From the NCBI GenBank assembly GCA_000166095.1, contig CP002278.1:450001-482000 (forward strand): 32,000 nt of DNA. Reading direction: 5' to 3'. A model generated the notes under the pieces. It had not been told where the DNA came from, did no database searches, and saw only the letters and a program-made list of their open reading frames with translations. Below, piece after piece: positions 1 to 9,070 of the stretch; the stretch's first letter is position 1; each line of letters begins with the position of its first letter. This stretch comes from Methanothermus fervidus DSM 2088 (GTDB lineage Archaea; Methanobacteriota; Methanobacteria; DSM-2088; Methanothermaceae). Both the position numbers and the translations under genes were made by a program.

Positions 1-62
1 ACCTTTGCAACCAAAAACCCTTTATCAGTAATCTTCAATAATTTTCCTTTTATTGAAGCCAT
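1..62 (-). CDS. 5' end of an unidentified protein-coding gene (partial, runs off the window)
   Basis: ATG at 62..60 (minus) is preceded by GAGGTGAT (complement of 66..73). The frame stays open to the window edge (MASIKGKLLKITDKGFLVAK...). It is too short to name a product. Confidence 0.4.
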   Translation of the reverse strand, partial: MASIKGKLLKITDKGFLVAK

Positions 63-106
63 TTAATCACCTCTAATTAAAAAATTATATATGAATTAGT
101 TTAAAC

Positions 107-116
107 TTATATTATA
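107..116 (+). promoter_or_regulatory. Candidate archaeal TATA box for the C/D sRNA (and possibly the NMD3 transcript)
   Basis: TTATATTATA is centred about 26 nt upstream of box C at 139. No other TATA-like element lies between it and the NMD3 start. Confidence 0.35.
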
Positions 117-138
117 ACTGAAAATTTTTGTATTTTTA

Positions 139-190
139 ATGATGAATTTGGCCACTTCTGATTTTCAATGATGAAAAGGCTAGACTCTGA
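139..190 (+). ncRNA. Box C/D guide sRNA (core from box C to box D; true ends probably a few nt beyond)
   Basis: Box C ATGATGA 139-145. 12-nt guide ATTTGGCCACTT 146-157. Box D' CTGA 158-161. 6-nt spacer. Box C' ATGATGA 168-174. 12-nt guide AAAGGCTAGACT 175-186. Box D CTGA 187-190. This is the canonical archaeal architecture with 12-nt spacers, and it lies in an intergenic region. Confidence 0.8.
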
Positions 191-208
191 ATTTAGGAGG
201 TTTTTACA

Positions 209-1249
209 TTGTTCTGCATTAAGTGTGGAAATTCTCAAGTTTTTAAAAATGGATTATGTGAAAAATGTTTTTATAGAGAATTCAAAATGGCTAATATTCC
301 AGAAAAGATTGAAACAAAAATTTGTGTGCATTGTCATTCCCATTTAAAACAAAATAAATGGGTTGATATTGGGTTATCAAGAGAAGAGGTTGTTCGTAAA
401 GTTATTTTAGACAAGATATCTTTCAATCCTAAAGTTAAAAATCCAAAAACTGAAATAGACATAATACAAAGAAAAGGCACTTTGTATAAGTGTTTGGTAA
501 AGATAAAAGGTGAAGTTTTTGGTAAAAAATTGCAGAAAGAATATTATTGCAATGTTCATTTACGTAATTCTGTCTGTACTTATTGTAGTAGGCGTGCGTC
601 TGGATACTATGAAGCAGTGATACAACTACGAGCTGATAAAAGAGACTTAAAAAATAAAGAAATTAAAAAAATAGAGAAGATAATTTCAAATACTTTAGAA
701 TCATTATGGCCAAAAAATAGACTTGCTTATGTATCTAAAATTTCTAAATTAAAAGAAGGAGTTGATTATTATATAGGTTCTTATACTGCTGCAAGAAAAA
801 TTGTGTCAGCCATAATGAATAATTTTGGCGGTATAATAGATGAATCTTCACGAGTTGTAGGTAGAGATAAGTCTAAAGGCAGGGAAATATGTAGATACTG
901 GATTTTATTAAAACTTCCATTTATTGAGGAAAAAGATATCATTGAATATAAAAATAAAATTGGTCAGGTGAAATCTATTGATGGTAGAGGAATACTAGTA
1001 AAAATATTCGATAATAACAAACATGAAAAGATTCCTTGGAAAGAATATGATAAAATAAAGTTAAAAGCAAAGCATTCAGAAATAGAAACAACCACTGTAG
1101 TTTCTAAATCTTTAGATAAAATTCAAATATTAGATCCTAAAACCTTTCAACCTATAGATTTAGACATGAAATCATGGTTCCAAAATTTAAACATTGGAGA
1201 TGAAGTAAAAGTTATAAAAATTAATAAAAGGATTTACATAGTAGATTGA
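209..1249 (+). CDS. NMD3-family protein (archaeal homologue of the 60S subunit export/biogenesis adaptor)
   Basis: TTG start 8 nt after AGGAGG (195-200). The N-terminus has paired CxxC motifs (CIKC, CEKC, CVHC, CTYC) followed by [11 protein letters not shown], which is typical of NMD3. Confidence 0.85.
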   Translation: MFCIKCGNSQVFKNGLCEKCFYREFKMANIPEKIETKICVHCHSHLKQNKWVDIGLSREEVVRKVILDKISFNPKVKNPKTEIDIIQRKGTLYKCLVKIKGEVFGKKLQKEYYCNVHLRNSVCTYCSRRASGYYEAVIQLRADKRDLKNKEIKKIEKIISNTLESLWPKNRLAYVSKISKLKEGVDYYIGSYTAARKIVSAIMNNFGGIIDESSRVVGRDKSKGREICRYWILLKLPFIEEKDIIEYKNKIGQVKSIDGRGILVKIFDNNKHEKIPWKEYDKIKLKAKHSEIETTTVVSKSLDKIQILDPKTFQPIDLDMKSWFQNLNIGDEVKVIKINKRIYIVD

Positions 1250-1268
1250 CGCAACATATGGTGATTTC

Positions 1269-2234
1269 ATGAACAAACAACTTGAATTAGCTAAAAAAGG
1301 CACAGTGGAAATAATTACAATTGAAGAACTTAAAGAAGTCCTAAAAAAGAAAAATCCTGTGGCATATATAGGTTATGAACCTTCAGGAAAAATACATCTC
1401 GGACATTTAATTACCATAAAGAAGATGATAGATTTACAAAAAATTGGATTTAAAATTAAAATTCTTCTAGCAGATTATCATGCATATCTAAATTATAAAG
1501 GAGAGTTAGACGAAATTAGAGAAATTGCAGAATATAATAAGCGTTGTTTTTTAGCTATGGGATTATCTAAGGATACAGAGTTCATATTAGGTTCTGAGTT
1601 TCAAACAGATGATGATTATGTTTTAGATCTATATAGGTTAGCACATATAACTACCTTAAATAGAGCTAAAAGGAGTATGTCACAAATAATAAGAGAAGCT
1701 GGTGAACATAAAGTTTCTGAAGTGCTTTATCCATTAATGCAAGTTATTGACATGGTTCATTTGGGAGTAGACGTTTCAGTGGGAGGGATGGAACAAAGAA
1801 AAATTCATATGTTAGCTCGTGACAACTTACCAAAAATTGGATACACACCACCAGTGTGTATACACACACCTATAATCCATGGAACTGATGGATCAGAAAA
1901 AATGTCATCAAGTAAAGGGAACTTTATTGCTGTTGATGATCCACCTAAAGTTATAAAAGATAAAATAATGAAAAGTTATTGTCCAGCAGCTAAAATAGAT
2001 GGAAATCCTGTAATAGAAATTGCAAAATATATTATTTTTGATGAAAACAAAAAAATTTTAATAGAAAGGCCTGAAAAATATGGTGGCAATTTAGAAGTTA
2101 ATTGTGAAGAATTAATCAACTTATATTCTAGTGGAGAGTTACATCCATTAGATCTCAAGAATGCTGTTGCAAAATATCTTATAAAGATTTTAGAACCTAT
2201 CAGAGAAAATTTAACTTCTAAAATGGGTGATTAA
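1269..2234 (+). CDS. tyrS: Tyrosine--tRNA ligase (archaeal type)
   Basis: HIGH-type motif (KIHLGH) and KMSKS-type motif (KMSSSKG). Long colinear similarity to M. jannaschii TyrRS as recalled ([14 protein letters not shown]..., [22 protein letters not shown]). GGTGAT SD upstream. Confidence 0.97.
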   Translation: MNKQLELAKKGTVEIITIEELKEVLKKKNPVAYIGYEPSGKIHLGHLITIKKMIDLQKIGFKIKILLADYHAYLNYKGELDEIREIAEYNKRCFLAMGLSKDTEFILGSEFQTDDDYVLDLYRLAHITTLNRAKRSMSQIIREAGEHKVSEVLYPLMQVIDMVHLGVDVSVGGMEQRKIHMLARDNLPKIGYTPPVCIHTPIIHGTDGSEKMSSSKGNFIAVDDPPKVIKDKIMKSYCPAAKIDGNPVIEIAKYIIFDENKKILIERPEKYGGNLEVNCEELINLYSSGELHPLDLKNAVAKYLIKILEPIRENLTSKMGD

Positions 2235-2237
2235 AAA

Positions 2238-2666
2238 ATGAAAAAGTCACGTTTAAGGTTATTTAAAATTACTTCACTGACAATTTCAATTTTAGGACTA
2301 ATATTAATAATTGGAACTGTCATGCTTTTTGCATATGTGGGTTTTAACCTTTTTATCAACAAAGTTGGTTCAGAATTTGAGAAAAAGAAATTATATGACC
2401 AAGTAGCAAAACTTGAAAATGAATATTATGGACTGAAAAATGAATATGAATCTTTAAAAGTAAATCTTGTTCAAGATGAAAATCTTAAAAAACGATGTAT
2501 AGACGTTGAATTACAATTAGTAAGGGCAAAGTCTGCAATAGACGATGTTAAAAGTGCATTGGAATCAAACAAAGATATATCAGAAATTAAAGATAGGTTA
2601 GAAAATGCTAAATCACAAGTTCAAATTGCAAAAGAAAAAATAAATCAACTAAAGTCTTCACACTAA
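2238..2666 (+). CDS. Hypothetical membrane-anchored coiled-coil protein
   Basis: ATG 6 nt after a GGTGAT that lies in the end of tyrS. One N-terminal TM segment (ITSLTISILGLILIIGTVMLFAYVGF), then a heptad-like, charged helical region. I recognise no family. Confidence 0.65.
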   Translation: MKKSRLRLFKITSLTISILGLILIIGTVMLFAYVGFNLFINKVGSEFEKKKLYDQVAKLENEYYGLKNEYESLKVNLVQDENLKKRCIDVELQLVRAKSAIDDVKSALESNKDISEIKDRLENAKSQVQIAKEKINQLKSSH

Positions 2667-2677
2667 CTTTTTTGAAT

Positions 2678-3289
2678 TCAAGGTCCAACGAAATATTTTG
2701 CTACAACATAAATTTCTGCACTGGATTTTTCTGAAGATGGAGGCTTACTTGCTTTTACATACTTAAATTCATTTTTTAGTTCATCTAAAAGATTTTTAAA
2801 TTCAGGACCCTGGAATACCTTAACTACAAGATTTCCTCCTCTTTTTAAAACATTTTTTGCAATATTTATCACAGACTTACACAACTCTATAGATCTTATA
2901 TGGTCTAAATCTTTTATGCCTGAAAGTGATGGTGATGCATCAGAAATAATTACATCTACACCTCCTTCAGTAATTTCCTTTATCTTTTTTTGTATTTTAG
3001 GATCTGTAAAGTCACCCTGAATAAAACTGAAATTTTCGTATTTTAATGGTTTCATCTTCTTAATATCTACAGCTACAACTTTACCTTTGCTTCCAACTAA
3101 TTTTATAGCTACTTGAGACCAACCTCCAGGAGCTGCTCCAAGATCTAAAACAACGTTACCTCTACGTATTAATTTAAATTTTTTATTTAGTTGAATAAGT
3201 TTATATGCAGCTCTTGAATAATATTTCTCTTTCTTTGCAAGTCTATAATAATAATCCTTTTTTCTTTGTCTCCACCATCTTTTACCCAT
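2678..3289 (-). CDS. rlmE: 23S rRNA (uridine-2'-O)-methyltransferase, RlmE/FtsJ family
   Basis: RAAYKL...VLDLGAAPGGWSQV SAM-binding motif, then DVIISDASP and VVKVFQG, which are typical of FtsJ/RrmJ. GAGGT SD. Confidence 0.93.
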   Translation of the reverse strand: MGKRWWRQRKKDYYYRLAKKEKYYSRAAYKLIQLNKKFKLIRRGNVVLDLGAAPGGWSQVAIKLVGSKGKVVAVDIKKMKPLKYENFSFIQGDFTDPKIQKKIKEITEGGVDVIISDASPSLSGIKDLDHIRSIELCKSVINIAKNVLKRGGNLVVKVFQGPEFKNLLDELKNEFKYVKASKPPSSEKSSAEIYVVAKYFVGP

Positions 3290-3299
3290 TTTTTTACCT

Positions 3300-3809
3300 C
3301 TATTTCCCAGGTATGCATCTACTACTACCTACCTTTATAATTTCAGCTTCTATATCTTTTTCAGATATATTTAACAACATTACAGTTGGAACTGAAAAAC
3401 GAGGCACTGTAGGACTTCCAGGATTCAACAATTTAATATTATCAACCTCTTCTATAAATGGATGATGAGTATGTCCTGACAACAATATATCTACACCCAT
3501 TTCCAATGCTATATATTTCAATTGTTGTGTGTCTCCTCGTGGATAAACTTCTCCATGATTTAAACCTATCTTAAATCCTTTTAATTTAAATATCTTGCTC
3601 TTAGGTAGTTTTAATCCATAATATCTATCCATATTACCTTGTACACAATAAGTAGGTGCCAGAGATTCTAATTCTTCCTTAACCCTTACTTCTGTGAGAT
3701 CCCCACAGTGTAGTATCATGTCTACATCGCTAAAAACTTTAAATACTTTTTTTGGGAGGCTTTTAGCTCTATCTGGGATATGTGTATCAGATATTACCCC
3801 TATCAGCAT
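3300..3809 (-). CDS. Metallophosphoesterase, MJ0936/YfcE (Vps29-like) family
   Basis: ISDTH, CGD, GNMD, NHG and GHTH motifs in the canonical order. About 170 aa. GGAGG SD upstream of the ATG at 3809. Confidence 0.9.
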   Translation of the reverse strand: MLIGVISDTHIPDRAKSLPKKVFKVFSDVDMILHCGDLTEVRVKEELESLAPTYCVQGNMDRYYGLKLPKSKIFKLKGFKIGLNHGEVYPRGDTQQLKYIALEMGVDILLSGHTHHPFIEEVDNIKLLNPGSPTVPRFSVPTVMLLNISEKDIEAEIIKVGSSRCIPGK

Positions 3810-3883
3810 GTTTTTCCTCCATTAATATTTTTTTATTAACCTAAAAAAATATATGAATCACTAATATTGTTTGGAGGGAATGA

Positions 3884-4132
3884 ATGCTACCATTAACAGA
3901 AGTTGAAACAGGGAAAAAAGTAATAATAAAGGAAATAGTTGCCGGAATTGGACTAATAAAACGTCTTGAATCACTAAATATACGTATTGGTAAAATTATT
4001 AAAGTAATATCTGCTACACCATTTCGTGGGCCACTAGTGGTAGATGTTGGTGGAAGCAAGGTTGCATTAGGAAGAGGTTTAGCAGAAAGAATATTCGTGG
4101 AGGTTTTAGATGAAAATACTTCTCATGGGTAA
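3884..4132 (+). CDS. feoA: Ferrous iron transport protein A (FeoA domain)
   Basis: Small SH3-like FeoA pattern (LTEV..GKKV.IKEI......RLESLNIRIGKII.V). GGAGGG SD 5 nt upstream. Overlaps the feoB start by 23 nt. Confidence 0.85.
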   Translation: MLPLTEVETGKKVIIKEIVAGIGLIKRLESLNIRIGKIIKVISATPFRGPLVVDVGGSKVALGRGLAERIFVEVLDENTSHG

Positions 4133-5831
4133 TCCCAACGTTGGAAAAAGCGTAGTATTTTCAAGGTTAACAGGAGTTCATGTCATTTCATCAAATTATC
4201 CAGGAACAACTGTTGAATTTACAAAAGGATTTATGTATGTAGATGGTAAAAAAGCAGAAGTAATAGATGTGCCAGGCACCTATTCATTAGTTCCAACATC
4301 TGAAGCAGAAAAAGTCGCAAAAAAAATGTTTTTAAATGAAAATCCTGATGTTGTGGTTGTAGTTGTAGATTCCACAAATTTAGAACGTAATTTGTATCTT
4401 ACCCTACAAATATTAGAGGCAGGAGTACCAACAGTGTTAGCATTAAATATGTGGGATTTAGCAAAAAGAAAAGGCATACATATAGACGTTGAAAAATTAA
4501 AAAAGGAATTGGGGATTGAAGTTGTTCCAATTGTTGCAATCACTGGTGAAGGAATAAAAGATCTTGTTTCTGCAATTAAAAAAACGATTGGAAAAAAAGT
4601 TAAATTTCCAAAAATGAAAGATGAGGAAAGGTGGGCATATATAGGTAATTTAATTTCAAAGGTTCAAAGCATAGAACATAAACATCCAGGAATTGTTGAG
4701 ATTTTAGAAGATGCTACACTTCATCCCATTTATGGTATTGTCATAGCATTAATCATCATGTATATAACAATAAAAATAGTTGTAAACTTAGGAGGATGGT
4801 TAGGAGACAATATAATTGGATATTTTTTTGAAGAATACTATGGACCATTTATTAAAAATTTAATTGGAAATATTTTTCCTCATGGTATCCTGCATAACAT
4901 TCTAATAGGTGAACATGGAGATTTCATGGAATCATTTGGCATCTTAACTACAGGGTTATATGTACCATTTGCTGTTGTTTTACCATATGTCCTACTTTTT
5001 TATTTGATTCTTGGATTTTTGGAGGATGTGGGGTACCTTCCAAGATTGGCAGTCATGGCTGACACAATCATGCATAAAATAGGGCTTCATGGAGCAGCAA
5101 TAATACCGGCAATATTGGGGATTGGATGCAATGTACCTTCTATAATCTCTACAAGAATTCTAGAAAATAAAAAAGAAAGATTTATTGCTGCAACTTTAAC
5201 TGCTATATCCATACCTTGTATGGCACAAACTGCAATAATAATAGGATTGCTTGGTAAATATGGATTAAAGTATGTGGCTATTGTATATGTTACATTGATT
5301 ATGTTATATCTTACATTGGGTTATGGATTAAATAAAAGTATGAGAGGAGAATGTCCTGAAATATTTTTAGAGATACCTCCATATAGGATTCCACACATCC
5401 CAACATTGTTAAAGAAAACATGGTTTAGAGTTTATAGTTTTTTAATTGAGGCTGTGCCTTTCATGCTTTTAGGAATAATTATAATTAATATACTTTATTA
5501 TCTTGGTATTATTTCATTTCTTTCAAAACTTTTAGCACCTATCCTTTCAGGTTTATTTGGGCTACCACCACAAAGTGTGGAAGTATTAATCGTCGGTTTT
5601 CTTAGAAAAGATGTGGCAATGGCAATGTTGGCACCATTACATCTTTCACCTACACAACTAACAGTCGCATCAATAGTATTAGCAACATATTTCCCATGTG
5701 TTGCAACTTTTGTTATACTACTAAAAGAATTAGGATTAAAAGACATGTTAAAAGTTTTTGGCATAATGGTGCTTGTTACATTATCTCTTGGAACCTTATT
5801 GAATGTACTCCTACATTTCTTTATACCCTAG
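4110..5831 (+). CDS. feoB: Ferrous iron transporter FeoB (N-terminal G domain plus polytopic membrane domain)
   Basis: G1 GNPNVGKS, G3 DVPGTYSL and G4 NMWD motifs, followed by a long hydrophobic permease region. Classic feoAB arrangement. Confidence 0.95.
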   Translation: MKILLMGNPNVGKSVVFSRLTGVHVISSNYPGTTVEFTKGFMYVDGKKAEVIDVPGTYSLVPTSEAEKVAKKMFLNENPDVVVVVVDSTNLERNLYLTLQILEAGVPTVLALNMWDLAKRKGIHIDVEKLKKELGIEVVPIVAITGEGIKDLVSAIKKTIGKKVKFPKMKDEERWAYIGNLISKVQSIEHKHPGIVEILEDATLHPIYGIVIALIIMYITIKIVVNLGGWLGDNIIGYFFEEYYGPFIKNLIGNIFPHGILHNILIGEHGDFMESFGILTTGLYVPFAVVLPYVLLFYLILGFLEDVGYLPRLAVMADTIMHKIGLHGAAIIPAILGIGCNVPSIISTRILENKKERFIAATLTAISIPCMAQTAIIIGLLGKYGLKYVAIVYVTLIMLYLTLGYGLNKSMRGECPEIFLEIPPYRIPHIPTLLKKTWFRVYSFLIEAVPFMLLGIIIINILYYLGIISFLSKLLAPILSGLFGLPPQSVEVLIVGFLRKDVAMAMLAPLHLSPTQLTVASIVLATYFPCVATFVILLKELGLKDMLKVFGIMVLVTLSLGTLLNVLLHFFIP

Positions 5832-6888
5832 GTTCCAATCTTTTTACAATGAATATGAAATAAACAACTACCAGTGGTAGTAGTAGAAGATACAGGATTA
5901 AAATGAGAGGTGATGGTATTACCATCGTTGGCATGAAAATCGTTGCTATAATGAGTAATATTGGCAATACTGCAGGACCTACAATTCCTATAAACATATA
6001 AATCATCATAAAAGAATTTAGCTTTTGAGAATAGTCTCTAAATTTCATTCTTAATTCATATGCAATGTCTTCAGCTATTATCTCTAAGGCTTTGGCAACG
6101 TCACCACCACTCTCTAAAGACCTAACTATTTGTTGTATAGCTCTTTTTAAACCTGGTGATGGCACCCTAACACTAAGATTCATTAATGCACGCGTAGTTG
6201 ATTCTCCATATTTTATTTCTTCCAATGTTCTTGCAAACTCTTCAGATAAAGCACCATAACCTGAAGTTGCCACAGATTTCATGGCATCATGGAAACCTAA
6301 ACCTGCCCTAAGTTCGGTAGCCATTTGCCGTAATGCATATGGCAATTCTCTTGATATCTCATCTGCTCTACTACCTTCTCTAAGTTTGGGTAAAAATCTT
6401 GCAAATACAGAAACCATGAACATTACGAGTAAGGAAAGCAATGCAAATACAAAGCCAAAACCAAGCAATATTATAACCAATGCTAATATTGACCCTGTGA
6501 TTATACCTGTTAAATATACAAACTTAGGATCAAGTTCTTTCTCTCTTTCTTCCAATAATTTACTTAATGATTCTGTTTCATAACGTTCTTTCTCTTCTGG
6601 TTTTTCTGATAATTTTTCTTTATAAGCTTCTGTTTCAACTAATCTTTTTAATATTTCTATTTCACTTTCACTCATTTTTGGTCTTCTAAAAAACCCAAAA
6701 GGAGATTTTCTTCGTGTAAGTACAGTAGATCCTCTAAATTTTCTAAGTTTAGGTGTAGGTTTTAAAGTGCTTATCTTTTTCACAGGTTTTTCAGCAGTGT
6801 GTCCTACTTTCTTAGATGATTTAATAGTCATGTCCCCAATTTTGTTTAAAAATCTTATTACGCCTCTTAATGCCAATAAAATCACCAA
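5821..6888 (-). CDS. Platform membrane protein of the type II secretion system F / TadC / FlaJ family (single T2SSF domain)
   Basis: The C-terminal ~230 aa follow the T2SSF pattern: TM pair, then a cytoplasmic helical domain (ELPYALRQMATELRAGLGFHDAM...ALEIIAEDI), then more TMs. It lies directly downstream of the ATPase. The start is uncertain: TTG at 6888 abuts the ATPase stop, and an ATG at 6831 is an alternative. Confidence 0.8.
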   Translation of the reverse strand: MVILLALRGVIRFLNKIGDMTIKSSKKVGHTAEKPVKKISTLKPTPKLRKFRGSTVLTRRKSPFGFFRRPKMSESEIEILKRLVETEAYKEKLSEKPEEKERYETESLSKLLEEREKELDPKFVYLTGIITGSILALVIILLGFGFVFALLSLLVMFMVSVFARFLPKLREGSRADEISRELPYALRQMATELRAGLGFHDAMKSVATSGYGALSEEFARTLEEIKYGESTTRALMNLSVRVPSPGLKRAIQQIVRSLESGGDVAKALEIIAEDIAYELRMKFRDYSQKLNSFMMIYMFIGIVGPAVLPILLIIATIFMPTMVIPSPLILILYLLLLPLVVVYFIFIVKRLEPRV

Positions 6889-8442
6889 TTATAAAACCTT
6901 TTCTAAAACTTCATCAGGGTCCCTATAGTAGTCTTTTATCCATTTTCCAACTTCGTTGAGTGATCTTATATTTCTTTCAGCTAAATATTCCAAAACTAAT
7001 CTTCTCCTCTCAATTTCTTCTTCTATTTCCAATATATCCATTCCAGTATAATCTGCAATCTCCCTTAAAACTTGACTGGTTATCCCCACATATTCTAACT
7101 TATCCTCTTTTTGATTCCATACAAAGAGTTTGTTAAGCTGTACATTGCCTTCTTCCATCCCTGTTATTTCTACAACTTCCGTCACTCTTCGTATTGATTT
7201 GCCACCAGGCCCATACATCCTCTGCTGCATTATTATGAAGTCTAAAGCAGGTATCATGATCTCAGGTACATTCATTGGTGGATTTGTTAGTCTAGTGATA
7301 GTTTCTCTAGCACTATTAGAGTGTAAAGTACCAAAACCAGAGTGTCCTGTGTTTAAAGCTGTGAATAATGTTGTTGCTTCCTTACCTCTAACTTCACCTA
7401 CAATTATTCTATCAGGTCTTTGACGCAATGCATTTTTAACTAGGGTGTCCATGTCTATCTCGCCTTTTCCTTCAATATTTGGAGGTCTTGTTTCCATGCG
7501 TACAACATGTGTATGTGGAAGTTGTAATTCTAATGTATCTTCTATTGTAATTATTCTTTCTCGTGGAGGTATAAAAGCAGCTATATTATTTAAAGTTGTA
7601 GTTTTTCCAGAAGCTGTCCCACCTGCTATTATAGCATTACAGGGTCTTATTCCAAATCCTTCAACGCAAACCCATAGAAATGCAGCAAGATGTGATGAAA
7701 GCGTGTTGAAATTTATAAGATCAACAATTGTAAAGGGATCTTTCCTAAATTTACGGATGGTTAATGTTGGTCCGTCTGGAGATACTGGAGGTATTGTCGC
7801 ATTGACTCTTGAACCATCAGGCAATCTTGCATCAAGTATTGGCATTTGTTGATCAATTCTACGACCTACTTGTCGTGCCATTATATCTATTATATTTTTT
7901 AGCTCTGAATATTCCTCAAATACTAAATTTGTGACCATCATTCCTTTTTCTCTATGATATACAAATACAGGTTTATTGACACCTATAACCATTATATCTT
8001 CTAAGTCATCGTCCTTAATGAGCGGATCAAGTTTACCATAACCCAACATCTCTTGAGTTATTCTTTCTGCAATTTCATCTACATTGCGAATTATACCTCT
8101 ACGTTTTAAAAATCTTTTAACTTCTTTTTTGAATGTTTTTTTATCAATTCTGAATTCTTCTTCCCTAGATAAAACTGTATCTACAAGCCTATCCCTTATT
8201 TCATCCATTAATTCTTTTTCTTTTTTTGTAAATTCAGGAACTTTCACAATATATTTAGGTAAATCTTCAATCTCAGATTCTTCTTTAAACACTGTTGTAC
8301 TTTTTTTATCTTTTGTAATTTCTGGTAAAGGTTTTTTTCGTTTTTCTTCACCTATTATGTCTTCATCAAAATTTTCACTTCCAAAATCACCGAGTATTTC
8401 TCTTAATTCTTTCAATGCGTCTTTTTTTCTTTTTTTCCTCAT
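6889..8442 (-). CDS. Type II/IV secretion-family ATPase (FlaI/TadA/VirB11-like; pilus or archaellum-type assembly ATPase)
   Basis: Walker [13 protein letters not shown], Walker B/Asp box RIIVGEVRG and His box [15 protein letters not shown] at 8442 (MRKKRKK...); the track's GTG at 8451 is an alternative start. Confidence 0.92.
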   Translation of the reverse strand: MRKKRKKDALKELREILGDFGSENFDEDIIGEEKRKKPLPEITKDKKSTTVFKEESEIEDLPKYIVKVPEFTKKEKELMDEIRDRLVDTVLSREEEFRIDKKTFKKEVKRFLKRRGIIRNVDEIAERITQEMLGYGKLDPLIKDDDLEDIMVIGVNKPVFVYHREKGMMVTNLVFEEYSELKNIIDIMARQVGRRIDQQMPILDARLPDGSRVNATIPPVSPDGPTLTIRKFRKDPFTIVDLINFNTLSSHLAAFLWVCVEGFGIRPCNAIIAGGTASGKTTTLNNIAAFIPPRERIITIEDTLELQLPHTHVVRMETRPPNIEGKGEIDMDTLVKNALRQRPDRIIVGEVRGKEATTLFTALNTGHSGFGTLHSNSARETITRLTNPPMNVPEIMIPALDFIIMQQRMYGPGGKSIRRVTEVVEITGMEEGNVQLNKLFVWNQKEDKLEYVGITSQVLREIADYTGMDILEIEEEIERRRLVLEYLAERNIRSLNEVGKWIKDYYRDPDEVLEKVL

Positions 8443-8656
8443 GAAAACCACAATTTTACTATTTTCAATATTAACTTATAAAGTTCATAATACAAAAATT
8501 TTTATTATGGTGGAAAAAATTATTCTATTCTTTTTTAATAGAAGTCAAATTTATAAAACATTAGTTTTAAAAATTTGGGAAATTATCATAAAAAATTTTA
8601 TAAAGGTGTTTAGTAGTAGAGATAGAAATTACAAATTATTTAATTGGAGGAATAAC

Positions 8657-9070
8657 ATGAAACAAATTCAAATTACAGCGTCTGATGGAACTATTAAAGT
8701 TATATCAAAAAACAATAGAAAGGTTTCAGTTAAAGAAGTGGAATTAATGCCTCTATGGGCTTTCTGTATGCAGCACAACAGACCATATATAGATACTTTT
8801 TTATCAGTATTTGAAAAAGTTATTAAGGAGACAGTCTCTGAAGTTTTTCCACACAAAAAATTAGATATAATATATAGGATTGAATCAAATGATTCACTAG
8901 AGAATTCCAATGAAATAGAAATTATATTAGAAAATTTAAGGGCTGATAATGAAGAATTTGAAATTATTGGAGAAGTTCTAAGGTTAGAAGGAAACGACAA
9001 AAGAGATGTGTTAACAAAATTAACAAGTTTTCACCGCAGAGTTAATGCAACTGTCGAAAAAACTATATAG
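8657..9070 (+). CDS. Hypothetical acidic protein (137 aa)
   Basis: ATG at 8657, 6 nt after GGAGG (8646-8650). The track ORF 8084..9070 extends upstream as an antisense artefact over the ATPase gene. I recognise no family. Confidence 0.6.
   Translation: MKQIQITASDGTIKVISKNNRKVSVKEVELMPLWAFCMQHNRPYIDTFLSVFEKVIKETVSEVFPHKKLDIIYRIESNDSLENSNEIEIILENLRADNEEFEIIGEVLRLEGNDKRDVLTKLTSFHRRVNATVEKTI

Noticed and set aside
3461-3479. GATGATGA...CTGA, which resembles box C / box D
   Set aside because: The spacer is only 7 nt, there is no C'/D' pair, and it lies inside the coding sequence of the MJ0936-family phosphoesterase. Other TGATGA occurrences in the window (e.g. near 1609, 7692, 13692, 18727, 21845) also lack a CTGA at the required 10-12 nt distance.
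3836-3844. TTAACCTAA upstream of feoA, resembling half of a DtxR/IdeR-type iron box
   Set aside because: Only one half-site is present. The expected inverted partner (TTAGGTTA) is absent, so this could be chance in AT-rich DNA.
3841-4059. 72-aa minus-strand ORF, along with the other short antisense ORFs in the track (e.g. 1976..2158, 4280..4543, 6065..6583, 7130..7852, 9343..9588, 9938..10273, 10928..11176, 11186..11838, 12014..12676, 12852..13046, 14782..15636, 16148..16726, 17123..17416, 18487..18744, 19487..19852, 20414..20705, 20889..21470, 23267..23626, 24276..25091, 27345..27584, 27894..28091, 29427..29612)
   Set aside because: Each lies fully or largely antisense to, or out of frame within, a gene with strong family motifs. 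None has an SD, and all show the biased composition typical of shadow frames in AT-rich genomes.
8084-8656. Upstream 191 codons of the 328-aa track ORF 8084..9070
   Set aside because: This part runs antisense to the well-supported ATPase gene and through the AT-rich divergent promoter region. It has low-complexity S/F/L-rich composition. A strong SD plus ATG at 8657 defines the real, shorter gene.
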